Below are positions 47,908 through 57,706 of a stretch of DNA of 64,000 bases, piece by piece; positions within the stretch are counted from its first letter, which is position 1, and each line of letters begins with the position of its first letter. Below the pieces are notes generated by a model. It was not told the DNA's origin. It was given only the letters and a program-made list of their open reading frames with translations, and ran no database searches. The DNA is taken from positions 121,905 through 185,904 of the forward strand of contig CBDDTI010000746.1 in assembly GCA_965233585.1 (NCBI GenBank), written 5' to 3'. Source of the DNA: a bacterium. Its GTDB lineage: Bacteria; SAR324; NAC60-12. The position numbers were made by a program, and so were the translations under genes.

Positions 47908-50900
47908 ATGATCCCCCTTCTCAATTCTACTGCTTCAGTCACGCCTGCTTATTTAAAATTTCTCAAGTCGCTTAAACAAAGCTCTTTTCAAGGGGACATT
48001 GAAACCAGCCATGCCTCCCGCCTTTCTGTTGCCACAGACAACAGCATTTATCAGGTTTTACCGCAGGCAGTTTTGTTCCCCAAACACTCAAGAGATGTGC
48101 AACTGATTTTACAACTGGCTCATCAAAAACCTTTTCAGCATCTTAAATTCACACCACGGGGAGGAGGCACTGGCACGAATGGGCAGTCTCTTGGTCAAGG
48201 AGTTGTGATAGATGCGTCAAGGTACATGAATAAGATTCTTGAAATGAATCTTGAGGCAGGTTGGGTGCGTGTGCAACCGGGTGTCGTGTTAGACCAGCTC
48301 AATGCTGAATTAAAACCGCATCAAGTCTTTTTTGCTCCAACACTTTCACCAAGCAACCGAGCAACGCTTGGGGGAATGATTAGTACTGATGCTTGTGGCA
48401 AAGGGTCGCGAGTCTATGGGCGGACAAGCGAACATGTGATTGAGTTGAAGTCTGTCCTTTGTGATGGCTCTCTTTTGCATTCTCAAGGAGTCAACCTTGA
48501 CGAGTTAGAACAGGTGAAACAAGGTAAGTCTATGGAATCACAAATTTACCAAGAAGTTTGTGATTCTGTTTTGGAACACAAAGAACTGATTCAAGAGACT
48601 TTCCCCAAAATTCAAAGGTTTATGACAGGCTACAATCTTGCAAAAGTCTTTGCTGATGACGGACAGACGTTTAATCTCAATTACTTGCTTGCGGGTTCAG
48701 AAGGGACGCTTGCCTACTTGGTAGAAGCCAAGCTCAAGCTGACGCCTCTTGCCAAACACAAAATACTTTTTGTCATTGCATACGATTCCTTTCAAAATTC
48801 GTTGGCTGATGCTCAAACTCTTTTAAAACACAAGCCAAGTGCCATTGAAACGATTGATGACACCATTTTAAATTTGGCAAAAAAAGATGTCGTTTACGAC
48901 GGAGTCAAAGACAAACTTTCTACTATCCAGAAAGACTTTAAAACCATCAACCTTGTAGAATTGAGCAGCAGCTTGCCAAAAGAACTTTTAACCAAGCAAC
49001 AAAATTTAGAGAAAGAGTTACAAGAACGTGTAAAAAGCGGCAAAATTTGTGGATTTGTGCAGGCAGAAGAGTCAGGACAGATTGAGAAATTTTGGAATGT
49101 GAGGAAAAAAGGTGTGGGCTTGCTTGGGGCTTTCCCGGGTGAAAGACGCCCTGTGCCATTTATTGAAGACACTGCCGTGCCTCCTGAAAAACTCTCACAA
49201 TACATCATGGAACTTTGCCAAGAATTTGACCGCATCGGTTTGCGTTATGGTTTGTTTGGACACGTAGATGTGGGGTGCTTGCATGTGAGACCTGCCTTAG
49301 ATTTGAAAACTGAAGAAGATGAGCAAACGATGAAGCATCTTTCCGACTTCACTGCCAATCTGGTTCAAAAATATGGTGGCGTCATGTGGGCAGAGCATGG
49401 ACGGGGCTTTCGTAGTCAATACACTGAACAATACTTTGGGAAAACCCTAAACCATGAATTGAGAAGAATCAAAGGAGTGTTTGACCCAAACAATCAACTG
49501 AACCCCGGTAAAATTGCAGTCCCTCTTACATCAAATGAAAAGTTAGTACAAGTGGAAGGTTCTTTGCGTGGACAACTGGACAGAACCATTGCAAAGCAAC
49601 TTTGGCAAGCCTATTCTCCTGCTGTGCATTGTAACGGCAATGGTTTGTGTTTTGACTATGACGATGACCACCTCATGTGTCCTTCCTACAAGGCAACAAG
49701 AAATCATCTTCATTCTCCCAAAGGCAGGTCTTCCATGATTCGTGAATGGATTCGTCAACTTTCTGAAAAAGACTACACTGCCTCCTTTTCAACAGCAGAA
49801 CAATTTCAAAATCAAACATTGTTCTTTAAAAAACTTTTAACTTTGATTCAGGACAAAATCAGCAGGAAGCAGACAGATTTTTCACATCAAGTGTACGATG
49901 CCATGTCAGGTTGCTTGTCTTGCAAAGCCTGTGGAACATACTGCCCTGTTCGTGTGGACATACCAAGTGTCAAAGCTCATTTTTTGGAACAATATCATTC
50001 TCGTTATTTCAGACACCCCAGAGATTATTTAATTGGGTTTTCAGAATGGATTGCCTCAATCCAAGTTCAGATTCCACGAATCAGCAATTTGATGACGCAT
50101 TCCAAAATCAGTCTGTATTTATTGCAAAAATATCTTGGAATGATAGACCCCCCGCCTTTGAGCGAACAAACATGGAAGGCATTGCTTAAAAAAAGAGGGG
50201 CATTGCACACCAAAGAGATTCCCTATGGACTTTCTGAAGACCAGCGAAAACGTTCGGTCATTTTGTTACCTGATGCCTTCAGCTCTTTTTATGATGTGCC
50301 TCAAACAATAGCCGTTTATGATTTGTTCCGTTTACTTGGCTTTTCGGTGTATGTTGCACCGTTTCTTGTCAATGGCAAGCCTTTGTATATCAAGGGATTT
50401 GTCAAGCAATTCTTGAAAGTGGCACAAAAAAATTGGAGGAATTTGTACCGCCTTGCACAATCAGGTGTCTCCATTGTGGGGTTAGAACCTAGCGTCGTGA
50501 TGACTTATCGTGATGAGTATTTACGTGCAACAGGAAGAGAAGATTTAGGCTTTCAGGTGCTTCTAATTCAAGAGTTTTTAACAGAGAGGATAGAACGTTT
50601 GTCAAAAATTGCTGAAAAGCTCAAAATTGAAGAAAAAACCCAGTATTACCTCTTTTCACATTGTATGGAAAGAGGAGGGGCTAAAGATGCACCAGAACAA
50701 TGGAGAAAGATTTTTGCAGTGTTTGGATTGGATTTGCAACCTGTGGAGTCAGGTTGTTGTGGCATGGCAGGTGCGTACGGACACGAGTCTCAAAACTTTC
50801 AGCATTCCCGAAGTATCTATCTTTCAAGCTGGGAACGTCTTATCCAAGACCACCAACCTCATCAAATTCTGGTTGATGGGTTTTCATGCAGAAAGCAGAC

Positions 50901-50979
50901 AGAACGTTTTGGACACTTCACGCCTGAACATCCTGCCAAAACATTGTTAAAGCATTTGTCCATGCCTGCCAAAATTTGA
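47908..50979 (+). CDS. YdiJ-like FAD-linked oxidoreductase fused to a 4Fe-4S/GlcF-like domain, a putative D-2-hydroxy-acid dehydrogenase
   Basis: 1023 aa. It has an N-terminal FAD-binding PCMH domain (GGGTGTNGQS), a mid CxxCxxCxxxCP motif (CLSCKACGTYCPV) and C-terminal CCG-like cysteines (SGCCGMAG). The size matches E. coli YdiJ (1018 aa). Confidence 0.7.
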   Translation: MIPLLNSTASVTPAYLKFLKSLKQSSFQGDIETSHASRLSVATDNSIYQVLPQAVLFPKHSRDVQLILQLAHQKPFQHLKFTPRGGGTGTNGQSLGQGVVIDASRYMNKILEMNLEAGWVRVQPGVVLDQLNAELKPHQVFFAPTLSPSNRATLGGMISTDACGKGSRVYGRTSEHVIELKSVLCDGSLLHSQGVNLDELEQVKQGKSMESQIYQEVCDSVLEHKELIQETFPKIQRFMTGYNLAKVFADDGQTFNLNYLLAGSEGTLAYLVEAKLKLTPLAKHKILFVIAYDSFQNSLADAQTLLKHKPSAIETIDDTILNLAKKDVVYDGVKDKLSTIQKDFKTINLVELSSSLPKELLTKQQNLEKELQERVKSGKICGFVQAEESGQIEKFWNVRKKGVGLLGAFPGERRPVPFIEDTAVPPEKLSQYIMELCQEFDRIGLRYGLFGHVDVGCLHVRPALDLKTEEDEQTMKHLSDFTANLVQKYGGVMWAEHGRGFRSQYTEQYFGKTLNHELRRIKGVFDPNNQLNPGKIAVPLTSNEKLVQVEGSLRGQLDRTIAKQLWQAYSPAVHCNGNGLCFDYDDDHLMCPSYKATRNHLHSPKGRSSMIREWIRQLSEKDYTASFSTAEQFQNQTLFFKKLLTLIQDKISRKQTDFSHQVYDAMSGCLSCKACGTYCPVRVDIPSVKAHFLEQYHSRYFRHPRDYLIGFSEWIASIQVQIPRISNLMTHSKISLYLLQKYLGMIDPPPLSEQTWKALLKKRGALHTKEIPYGLSEDQRKRSVILLPDAFSSFYDVPQTIAVYDLFRLLGFSVYVAPFLVNGKPLYIKGFVKQFLKVAQKNWRNLYRLAQSGVSIVGLEPSVVMTYRDEYLRATGREDLGFQVLLIQEFLTERIERLSKIAEKLKIEEKTQYYLFSHCMERGGAKDAPEQWRKIFAVFGLDLQPVESGCCGMAGAYGHESQNFQHSRSIYLSSWERLIQDHQPHQILVDGFSCRKQTERFGHFTPEHPAKTLLKHLSMPAKI

Positions 50980-51257
50980 CTGACAACATTTTTAGACACT
51001 CACTGACTTAAACCCCTTAGCATAGTGGATTCAATAGATTTTTTTCAAAAAAACTCCAATCAATCAGATTTTTCTCAAAACTCTAACTTTTTCTGACCTT
51101 CCAACCTGTCTATTTTCCAATGTTCTAAAAAATCTTAAAAACTCCTTAAATTTTCTTCAAAATCCTGCATCTTTGAGGTTTTGGAAGGTTTGATAGTTAT
51201 CAAAAGTGGCAGAAGGCATCATTCATTTTTTGAAGAAAGTGAAACACTTCGTCCCTC

Positions 51258-51290
51258 CGTCATTGCTCACCTTGTCCGCAATCTCATTCT
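51258..51290. repeat. Degenerate copy of the palindromic repeat family seen at 61.25-61.46 kb
   Basis: CGTCATTGCtcACCTtGtCCGCAATCTC versus the consensus CGTCATTGCGGGACCTGACCCGCAATCTC. It lies immediately 3' of the SBBP lipoprotein gene. Confidence 0.5.
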
Positions 51291-51309
51291 TCTTAAAATA
51301 CAGGACAAA

Positions 51310-52413
51310 CTACCTCCCAAACTTGATTAAAAGCATGTCCTCATTTCCTGAATTGGTGTGTCCATCAAAATTTCCTCCAGAGAATCCTGTCACGTAAACA
51401 TTGCCTGCTGAATCCACACTCACTCCCTTTCCTGCATCACTACTGGTAGTGCCAAGCAACTTAGACCTTTTTTTGACACCTGAAGTATCATACTTGATTA
51501 AAAATATGTCAAAGTCTCCTGAATGGGTCTTTCCATCAAAAGCTCCTGAAGAGCTTCCTGTCACGTAAACATTGCCTACTGAATCCACACTCACTCCATT
51601 TCCTGCATCACTACTGGTAGTGCCAAGCAGTTTTGACCACTGCTTGTTGCCTGAAGTATCATACTTGATTAAAAACATATCCTTACCTCCTGAATTGGTC
51701 TGTCCATCAAAGGCTCCTGCAGAGAATCCTGTCACGTAAACATTGCCTGAAGCATCCACACTCACTCCATGTCCTCTATCATCACCGCTAGTGCCAAGCA
51801 GTTTTGACCACTGCTTGTTGCCTGAACTGTCATACTTGATTAAAAACATGTCCTCTTTTCCTGAATTGGTCTTTGTATCAAAAGCTCCTTTAGAATATCC
51901 TGTCACGTAAACATTGCCTGCTGAATCTACACTCACTCCTAATCCGTCATCACGAGATCGACTGCCAAGCAGTTCAGACCATTGTTTAGCCAAGTGTTCA
52001 GCAATGGCTTGGTTGTGGCAAGCCCATTCAGAAGCAGAAGTCTTGCCTGATGCTTTCACACGAACGCAGAGTTTGTCTTTGGCAATGGCATCATCTCCAA
52101 AACTAAAAGGGCTGCTGCAATCAGTAGGAGTTGTGCCTCCATCTTTGGAACATTGATAGCTTTGCCCTGAAGTGGTGGCAAAGGTCAAGGTTCTGCCTGA
52201 AATAGCAAGAGAAGTTGGCGGCTTTGGTGGCTTGGTAGCTTCAGCAGTGTTGTCATCTGATGGACTACGTTTGTCAGTGCAAGAAACGAGGACACTGAGA
52301 CCAAGCAGGACTGAACATTTCTTCAAAGAAGAAGGTTTAAGAAATGATGCAAAAGCATCGGTGCAGGCAACAAGTGCTTTGATAAACGTTTTGATTGTAT
52401 GACGTGCAAACAT
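51310..52413 (-). CDS. Surface lipoprotein with four SBBP beta-propeller repeats. It is a member of a paralogous modular lipoprotein family
   Basis: The signal peptide with lipobox is LVSC. Four repeats read GNVYVTG(Y/F)S.GAFDG.TNSG..DMFLIKYD.SGNKQWSKLLGT (PF06739-like). The N-terminal 40 aa and an internal 58-aa module are near-identical at nucleotide level to the gene at 61833. Confidence 0.8.
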   Translation of the reverse strand: MFARHTIKTFIKALVACTDAFASFLKPSSLKKCSVLLGLSVLVSCTDKRSPSDDNTAEATKPPKPPTSLAISGRTLTFATTSGQSYQCSKDGGTTPTDCSSPFSFGDDAIAKDKLCVRVKASGKTSASEWACHNQAIAEHLAKQWSELLGSRSRDDGLGVSVDSAGNVYVTGYSKGAFDTKTNSGKEDMFLIKYDSSGNKQWSKLLGTSGDDRGHGVSVDASGNVYVTGFSAGAFDGQTNSGGKDMFLIKYDTSGNKQWSKLLGTTSSDAGNGVSVDSVGNVYVTGSSSGAFDGKTHSGDFDIFLIKYDTSGVKKRSKLLGTTSSDAGKGVSVDSAGNVYVTGFSGGNFDGHTNSGNEDMLLIKFGR

Positions 52414-52437
52414 TTGATGGACTCCATTTAGAGGTTA

Positions 52438-52518
52438 GATAAAAAAACAACATTCAACACAATGAATGTCGTCATGGTAAAACTCTTGGTTTGAAAAAAA
52501 ACATCATCTGATTTTCAA
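52438..52518 (-). promoter_or_regulatory. Conserved 5' leader of the SBBP lipoprotein gene. Hairpin 1 is 52491-52518. A terminator-like hairpin 2 with a T-run is 52438-52469 and ends 24 nt before the ATG
   Basis: On the coding strand, TTGAAAA...TTTTCAA forms stem 1 and ACATTCA-ttgtgt-TGAATGT followed by TGTTTTTTTA forms stem 2. Upstream is the conserved GGCTTGTAT-T10-GTACTTGCATAGT promoter-like block (52545-52580). Confidence 0.5.
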
Positions 52519-52748
52519 GGAAAAGAGTTGAATAAAAACCAAAGCTATACTATGCAAGTACAAAAAAAAAATACAAGCCACGACTTAGAATATTTGAAGT
52601 TTTCTTGAGTTGGTGTAATTTTTGTCAAGAGAAGGAAGGACTGGCAAAAAGTGGTCAAGTTTGGGGTTAAAAAGTTTTTTCAATATAAATTTTGAATATT
52701 TGACAAGTTTTTGCTATACTTCGAAGATTTTGCATTGCCTAATAAATC

Positions 52749-53807
52749 ATGGATTTGAGAGAGCAGTTTGAGACGGTCTTTTGTTCTATCCCCTATGGAA
52801 CATCTGGTCAAAATTTGATTGATGCTGAAGTGGTGCATGGTTGCATCATCAATGAAGATTTTGCAAAGGTGACGCTGATTGTGCCAAATCATCTTTTGCA
52901 TGCAGAGTTGTCCCATGTTGTCAAAGACAAGCTGACAGCGATTCCAGAGATCAACCGTGTGGCTATTGAGTTTCTTGACCAAGCACCTGCTGAAGAACCC
53001 CACAGTTCCAAGCCTTCTACCAAGCTCAAAAAGCCTTCTTCAGTGCTTTATCTTGAGGAGTATAAAGAAGTGATTGCCGTTGCCAGTGGCAAAGGCGGGG
53101 TGGGGAAGTCCACGGTGGCAGTCAATCTTGCGATTGCTTTGGCACAAATGGATTATCAAGTCAGCTTGTTTGATGCAGATATTTTTGGACCAAGTCTGCC
53201 AATGATGCTGAACATACGCAATGAACGTCCAACCACTGTCAAAAATCGTATCTTGCCAATCAAACAGTATGGCATTCAAACTATGTCTATTGGGAATTTG
53301 ATTGAAGAGCAGTCGTCTGTGATTTGGCGTGGTCCGATGGTGCATCAAGCGATTCAGCAGTTGTTGCGTGATACCAACTGGACAGGTGGAGATTTTATGA
53401 TCATTGACCTACCACCTGGAACGGGAGACGCCCAGCTCACTCTTTCGCAAAGTGTTCAGATTTCTGGTGCAGTGATTGTCTCCACGCCTCAAGATGTTGC
53501 ACTACTTGATGCTAGAAAAGCAATCAATATGTTTGAAAAAGTGGATGTGGAAGTCTTGGGCTTGGTTGAAAATATGAGTTCTTTCATCTGTCCTCATTGC
53601 CAGACGGCTTCTCATATCTTCGGAAAACATGGGGCAAAGCAAGAAAGCGAACGTTTAGACATTCCCTTCTTAGGCTCAATTCCACTTGAGCTAGCAGTGA
53701 GAGAAGGTGGAGACTCTGGTGAACCTGTTGTTACTCAAAAACAAAGCACTCCTGCAAAAGATGCTTTTTTTGAACTAGCAACAGCATTATCTGACATTTT
53801 ATCTTAA
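52749..53807 (+). CDS. apbC: Fe-S cluster carrier ATPase Mrp/ApbC/NBP35 with an N-terminal DUF59-like domain
   Basis: VASGKGGVGKSTVAVNLAIALA is the deviant Walker A. C-terminal CPHC motif. Confidence 0.9.
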   Translation: MDLREQFETVFCSIPYGTSGQNLIDAEVVHGCIINEDFAKVTLIVPNHLLHAELSHVVKDKLTAIPEINRVAIEFLDQAPAEEPHSSKPSTKLKKPSSVLYLEEYKEVIAVASGKGGVGKSTVAVNLAIALAQMDYQVSLFDADIFGPSLPMMLNIRNERPTTVKNRILPIKQYGIQTMSIGNLIEEQSSVIWRGPMVHQAIQQLLRDTNWTGGDFMIIDLPPGTGDAQLTLSQSVQISGAVIVSTPQDVALLDARKAINMFEKVDVEVLGLVENMSSFICPHCQTASHIFGKHGAKQESERLDIPFLGSIPLELAVREGGDSGEPVVTQKQSTPAKDAFFELATALSDILS

Positions 53808-53831
53808 ACTTTTCTTTCCTTTGAGGTTTTA

Positions 53832-55613
53832 GTGAATTCTTTTTTTAAAAATATCGGCTTATGGCTGATGATTGGTTTATCATTCCTTTTAGGTTTCATG
53901 TTTTTTGGTGAAAGCCAGCCAACTGCAGGGAACCACGTTGCATTTTCTGAATTTATGACAGACTTGGAGAGGGGAAACATCACAGGGGTTGTTGTGAGAA
54001 GCAATGAATTACTGGGGATTCGTCTTGACAAAAGCGTCGTGCAAACACTTGCACCTGACTATCCCAATCTCATCAGTGATCTTGAAAAGCAACAAGTGAC
54101 AATTCAAGTAGAACCGACCGAGACACGTAGCTTATTCCTTGCCATACTCAACAGCTGGCTGCCTATCTTATTGATTGTGGGCATCTGGGTTTTCTTTGTC
54201 CGACAAGTCCAAGGCAACGCAGGGAAGGCGCTGGGCTTTCAAAAAATGAAGCTCCCTTCTACTGATGGTGCAGACAAAACCGTGACGTTCCAAGATGTTG
54301 CAGGAATTGATGAAGCCAAAGAAGAGCTTTCGGAGATTGTAGATTTTCTGGCAGACCCCAAAAAATTTAGTGAACTTGGAGGCGAGATTCCAAGAGGCGC
54401 CTTGCTCATTGGCAACCCTGGCACAGGGAAAACACTCATGGCAAAGGCAATCGCAGGAGAAGCAGAAGTTCCGTTTTTTAACATCAGTGGCTCTGATTTT
54501 GTTGAAATGTTTGTTGGTGTTGGGGCAAGTCGTGTGAGAGATTTGTTTGACCAAGCCAAGAAAAGCGCACCTTGTATTATTTTTATTGATGAAATTGATG
54601 CACTTGGCAGAAGTCGTGGCTCTGGCATGGGAGGTGGACATGATGAACGTGAGCAGACCTTGAATCAATTACTGGTGGAGATGGACGGCTTTGAAGTCAA
54701 TGAAGGGATCATCGTCATTGCCGCAACCAACCGACCTGATGTGCTAGATTCTGCACTCTTGCGACCCGGACGTTTTGACAGACACATCACAATTCCCATG
54801 CCTGATATTGCAGGACGCCAAGCCATTTTAGAAGCCCATGTGAAACATGTGACATTGGCAGAAGATGTGGATTTACATGTGATTGCAAGAGGCACTCCGG
54901 GCTTTACAGGGGCAGACCTTGCTAACCTTGTCAATGAATCTGCGCTTTGGGCAGCACGTCAAAATAAAGAAGAGGTCAACAAAGATGCCTTTGAGTATGC
55001 ACGTGATAAAGTCCTGATGGGAACAGAACGCAAAACTGCATTGATCCACGAAAGCGAAAAACGCACCACTGCCTATCACGAGGCAGGACATGCCATTGTT
55101 GCTGTTGCCATTCCAGAAGTTGACCCTGTCCACAAAGTCACCATTATCCCACGTGGGCAAGCTCTTGGGGTGACTCAATTATTGCCAGAAGAAGACCGCC
55201 ACAGCTACACCCAAAAAGGATTGCTTGGACAGATTGCTATGATTATGGGAGGACGCGCTGCAGAGCATCTGGTGTTTCAACGTTTCACAACAGGTGCAAG
55301 TGATGACTTGAAAAAAGCAACAGACATCGCACAACGCATGGTGTGTCAGTGGGGAATGAGTGAAAAACTAGGACCGCTTTGCTGTTCAGATGATGAATCT
55401 AAACAAAACTATTCACAAAAATCATACAGCAATCACACTTCACAAATCATTGATTCTGAAATCAAACGTATCTTAGAACAGGCTTATGCCAGAGCCAAAG
55501 ACATTTTGACAGTACACCGAAACGTCCTTGACGAAATTGCCGATGCCCTCATGGAACAAGAAACGATTGACGGAGCCGTGGTAGAAAGCACATTCGCCAG
55601 ACACTCCTCCTGA
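53832..55613 (+). CDS. ftsH: ATP-dependent zinc metalloprotease FtsH (GTG start)
   Basis: [18 protein letters not shown] is Walker A. The SRH and the HEAGHAIV zinc motif are present. Confidence 0.95.
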   Translation: MNSFFKNIGLWLMIGLSFLLGFMFFGESQPTAGNHVAFSEFMTDLERGNITGVVVRSNELLGIRLDKSVVQTLAPDYPNLISDLEKQQVTIQVEPTETRSLFLAILNSWLPILLIVGIWVFFVRQVQGNAGKALGFQKMKLPSTDGADKTVTFQDVAGIDEAKEELSEIVDFLADPKKFSELGGEIPRGALLIGNPGTGKTLMAKAIAGEAEVPFFNISGSDFVEMFVGVGASRVRDLFDQAKKSAPCIIFIDEIDALGRSRGSGMGGGHDEREQTLNQLLVEMDGFEVNEGIIVIAATNRPDVLDSALLRPGRFDRHITIPMPDIAGRQAILEAHVKHVTLAEDVDLHVIARGTPGFTGADLANLVNESALWAARQNKEEVNKDAFEYARDKVLMGTERKTALIHESEKRTTAYHEAGHAIVAVAIPEVDPVHKVTIIPRGQALGVTQLLPEEDRHSYTQKGLLGQIAMIMGGRAAEHLVFQRFTTGASDDLKKATDIAQRMVCQWGMSEKLGPLCCSDDESKQNYSQKSYSNHTSQIIDSEIKRILEQAYARAKDILTVHRNVLDEIADALMEQETIDGAVVESTFARHSS

Positions 55614-55704
55614 GCTTTTTGAATCTTTCTCAAACCTCAAAAATGGGACAGAGATTGAAAATCAGGGACTCAAAGAGTTGACCGATGCCACTTCAAAAGA
55701 TTTT

Positions 55705-56415
55705 TTAATCAAAATCCCAGCCAAGAAACAACTCTAGCAAAGTATCATTTCCTGCTTTCACAGACTCATTGCCTGCTGAATCTACTGCTGTTGCACCTAA
55801 AATACAAGCACAGACAGAAACCCCTGCCATAAAGGAATCTACCTGATAGAAAAATGGCAAAACAAAGCCTAACGTCTCAAAGCCAGAGTCTTCTACTGAT
55901 TCAGAAATCTCCTGTTCGGTCTCGTTACCTCCAATAAACGTAGTCAGAGTGCCTTTGTAGGACATTTTCATGTCATTAGCAATGCCAACCCGCAACTGTG
56001 GTTGGAAAAACTCCCAAAAAGCATATCCCACGTTGACCACAAAACCTGACAGACTATAATCCATTTCTAGCTCAACTTCTTGCCTAGTTTGAAGTATTCC
56101 TCCTCCCTCACTCTCTCCAATTTTTTCCTTGCCATGAGATAAAGTCAGACTTTGAAAGCCAATTCCCCAAACCCATTCATCAACAAAAGAATATCCCACA
56201 TAAAAGGAACTCCCTGACGTTTTGACAACTTTGTCTTCAGAAATGCTTGTCACAGCTTTTTTGAAATAGGTGGTGGTTCCTGTGGCAGGACCCCCTGAAA
56301 GTTCCAAACGATCGGCAACAGACGTTGTAGTGAACATCCAAGTATTCAGCACGCCTATCAAGATTGATTTCTTTGTCAATGATTTAAATGCGTTCTTTGT
56401 AAATAATTTTTTCAT
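55705..56415 (-). CDS. Outer-membrane beta-barrel protein (OmpW/OmpA-like small porin family)
   Basis: Signal peptide, with alternating amphipathic beta-strands. 236 aa. Confidence 0.5.
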   Translation of the reverse strand: MKKLFTKNAFKSLTKKSILIGVLNTWMFTTTSVADRLELSGGPATGTTTYFKKAVTSISEDKVVKTSGSSFYVGYSFVDEWVWGIGFQSLTLSHGKEKIGESEGGGILQTRQEVELEMDYSLSGFVVNVGYAFWEFFQPQLRVGIANDMKMSYKGTLTTFIGGNETEQEISESVEDSGFETLGFVLPFFYQVDSFMAGVSVCACILGATAVDSAGNESVKAGNDTLLELFLGWDFD

Positions 56416-56560
56416 AGCGACTTGATTCTAAAAATTTTAAAAAGTGTTGGTGTTGAAAGAGATTGAAATTTTTTTAGGGAGTCGTCGTCCTTTTGTTGTT
56501 CATAACCTCTACCTATCAAGCACGATTTTTGTTTCAAAAACTTTTGCTTGTTGAGTGTCA

Positions 56561-56875
56561 TTATGCCACCTCAAGCAAATAATCATGTATCACTTTTTCT
56601 ATCAACTCATCTTCTTTCATACCTTTCTTTTTTGATTGTTCTTGAAGTTTTAAAAAATCTGTTTGCCTTATTCTACAAGAAACTTTTTTGACTTCTTCCC
56701 TCTCAACTCCCAAAGATTTGTAAAAATCATCTACTCTTTTTTGTCTTTCTTCCTCACTAAAAAAAGAAGGGGGTTGACTTTCCAAATAATCATCAATAGA
56801 GTTAGATGTTTCTATTTCATAATCATCTAACTTATACTGTTTTACAAAGGGGTGTTCTTTGTGTAATTTTTCCAT
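56561..56875 (-). CDS. brnA: BrnA-type antitoxin (ribbon-helix-helix)
   Basis: 104 aa. The C-terminus VSCRIRQTDFLKLQEQSKKKGMKEDELIEKVIHDYL resembles BrnA (vsiRlp..ll..ik..A...g.pYQslIK..L). It lies immediately downstream of the brnT-like gene. Confidence 0.6.
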   Translation of the reverse strand: MEKLHKEHPFVKQYKLDDYEIETSNSIDDYLESQPPSFFSEEERQKRVDDFYKSLGVEREEVKKVSCRIRQTDFLKLQEQSKKKGMKEDELIEKVIHDYLLEVA

Positions 56876-56881
56876 ATTGAC

Positions 56882-57172
56882 CTATTTTAAGTTATATTGT
56901 TTATTCAATTTTTGACTTGGTATGATAGTAATCAAGTTTAATACATTCTCTCTTACTTCAAAAGGAACATAATGAATATAATCATGTAAACTGATTATAA
57001 AAGATAACTGATTTGGATATTTAACTTGATTCGGTGTGAAAATTATATCTATAACTTTTCCAAGCCTTATCTCTTTCTCTACCATTTCAAAACTAACTTT
57101 CCTGACACTGTTCTTTAATATTTCATTCTTTTCTTCTTTCCATTCAATAGGAACTTCTTTTAAATTCATCAC
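56882..57172 (-). CDS. brnT: BrnT-type toxin (DUF497, RelE-like fold)
   Basis: 96 aa. VSFEMVEKEI...PNQLSFIISLHDYIHYVPFEVRENVLNLITI fits the DUF497 pattern (vsFeea..vF.d....ED.R...iG......l.vv.t.r...iRiIsaRkA). The toxin-first gene order is typical of BrnTA. Confidence 0.6.
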   Translation of the reverse strand: MMNLKEVPIEWKEEKNEILKNSVRKVSFEMVEKEIRLGKVIDIIFTPNQVKYPNQLSFIISLHDYIHYVPFEVRENVLNLITIIPSQKLNKQYNLK

Positions 57173-57253
57173 TATAAAGATTAAACGTCTATCATAATAA
57201 TCAAAAATTCTACAAAAGCAAATTTATTTCATCATCATCAAAACCTTGTTCCC

Positions 57254-57706
57254 TTATTGATTTTTTAAAGACCTTTCCATGTCACGTTGAGCAGTTTTCT
57301 TTTTAAGAGACTCCCGCTTGTCGTGAATTTTTTTGCCTTTCACCAATGCAATTTCTACTTTCACTTGACCATTTTTGAAGTACAGACTGAGAGGGACAAG
57401 CGTCAGCCCTTTCTCCCTTACCTGACCATAGAGACGTTTAATCTGGTATTTATGTAAAAGTAATTTACGACTCCTATCAGACTGATGATTCATGCGATTG
57501 CCATATTCATATTGTGCAATGTGCGTGTTCATCAAAAAAACCTCCATCATGCTATCCACTTTGCAGTAGCCATCATTGATGTTGGCTTTATTCAGCCGTA
57601 GGCTTTTGACTTCTGTGCCTTTGAGAACGATGCCTGCTTCAAACTTTTGTATGATTTCATGTTCAAAGCGTGCTTTTTTATTAGAGGCAATGATTTTCTG
57701 TCCCAT
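57254..57706 (-). CDS. smpB: SsrA-binding protein SmpB
   Basis: IAQYEYGNRMNHQSDRSRKLLLHK and the C-terminal basic tail. 150 aa. Confidence 0.9.
   Translation of the reverse strand: MGQKIIASNKKARFEHEIIQKFEAGIVLKGTEVKSLRLNKANINDGYCKVDSMMEVFLMNTHIAQYEYGNRMNHQSDRSRKLLLHKYQIKRLYGQVREKGLTLVPLSLYFKNGQVKVEIALVKGKKIHDKRESLKKKTAQRDMERSLKNQ

Noticed and set aside
52172-52402. ORFs 52172..52402 (+), 51914..52156 (+) and 61829..62095 (-) share EGLRNDAKASV.ATSAL.
   Set aside because: They are the antisense reading of the conserved signal-peptide cassette of the two lipoprotein genes, so they are by-products of the duplication and not genes.
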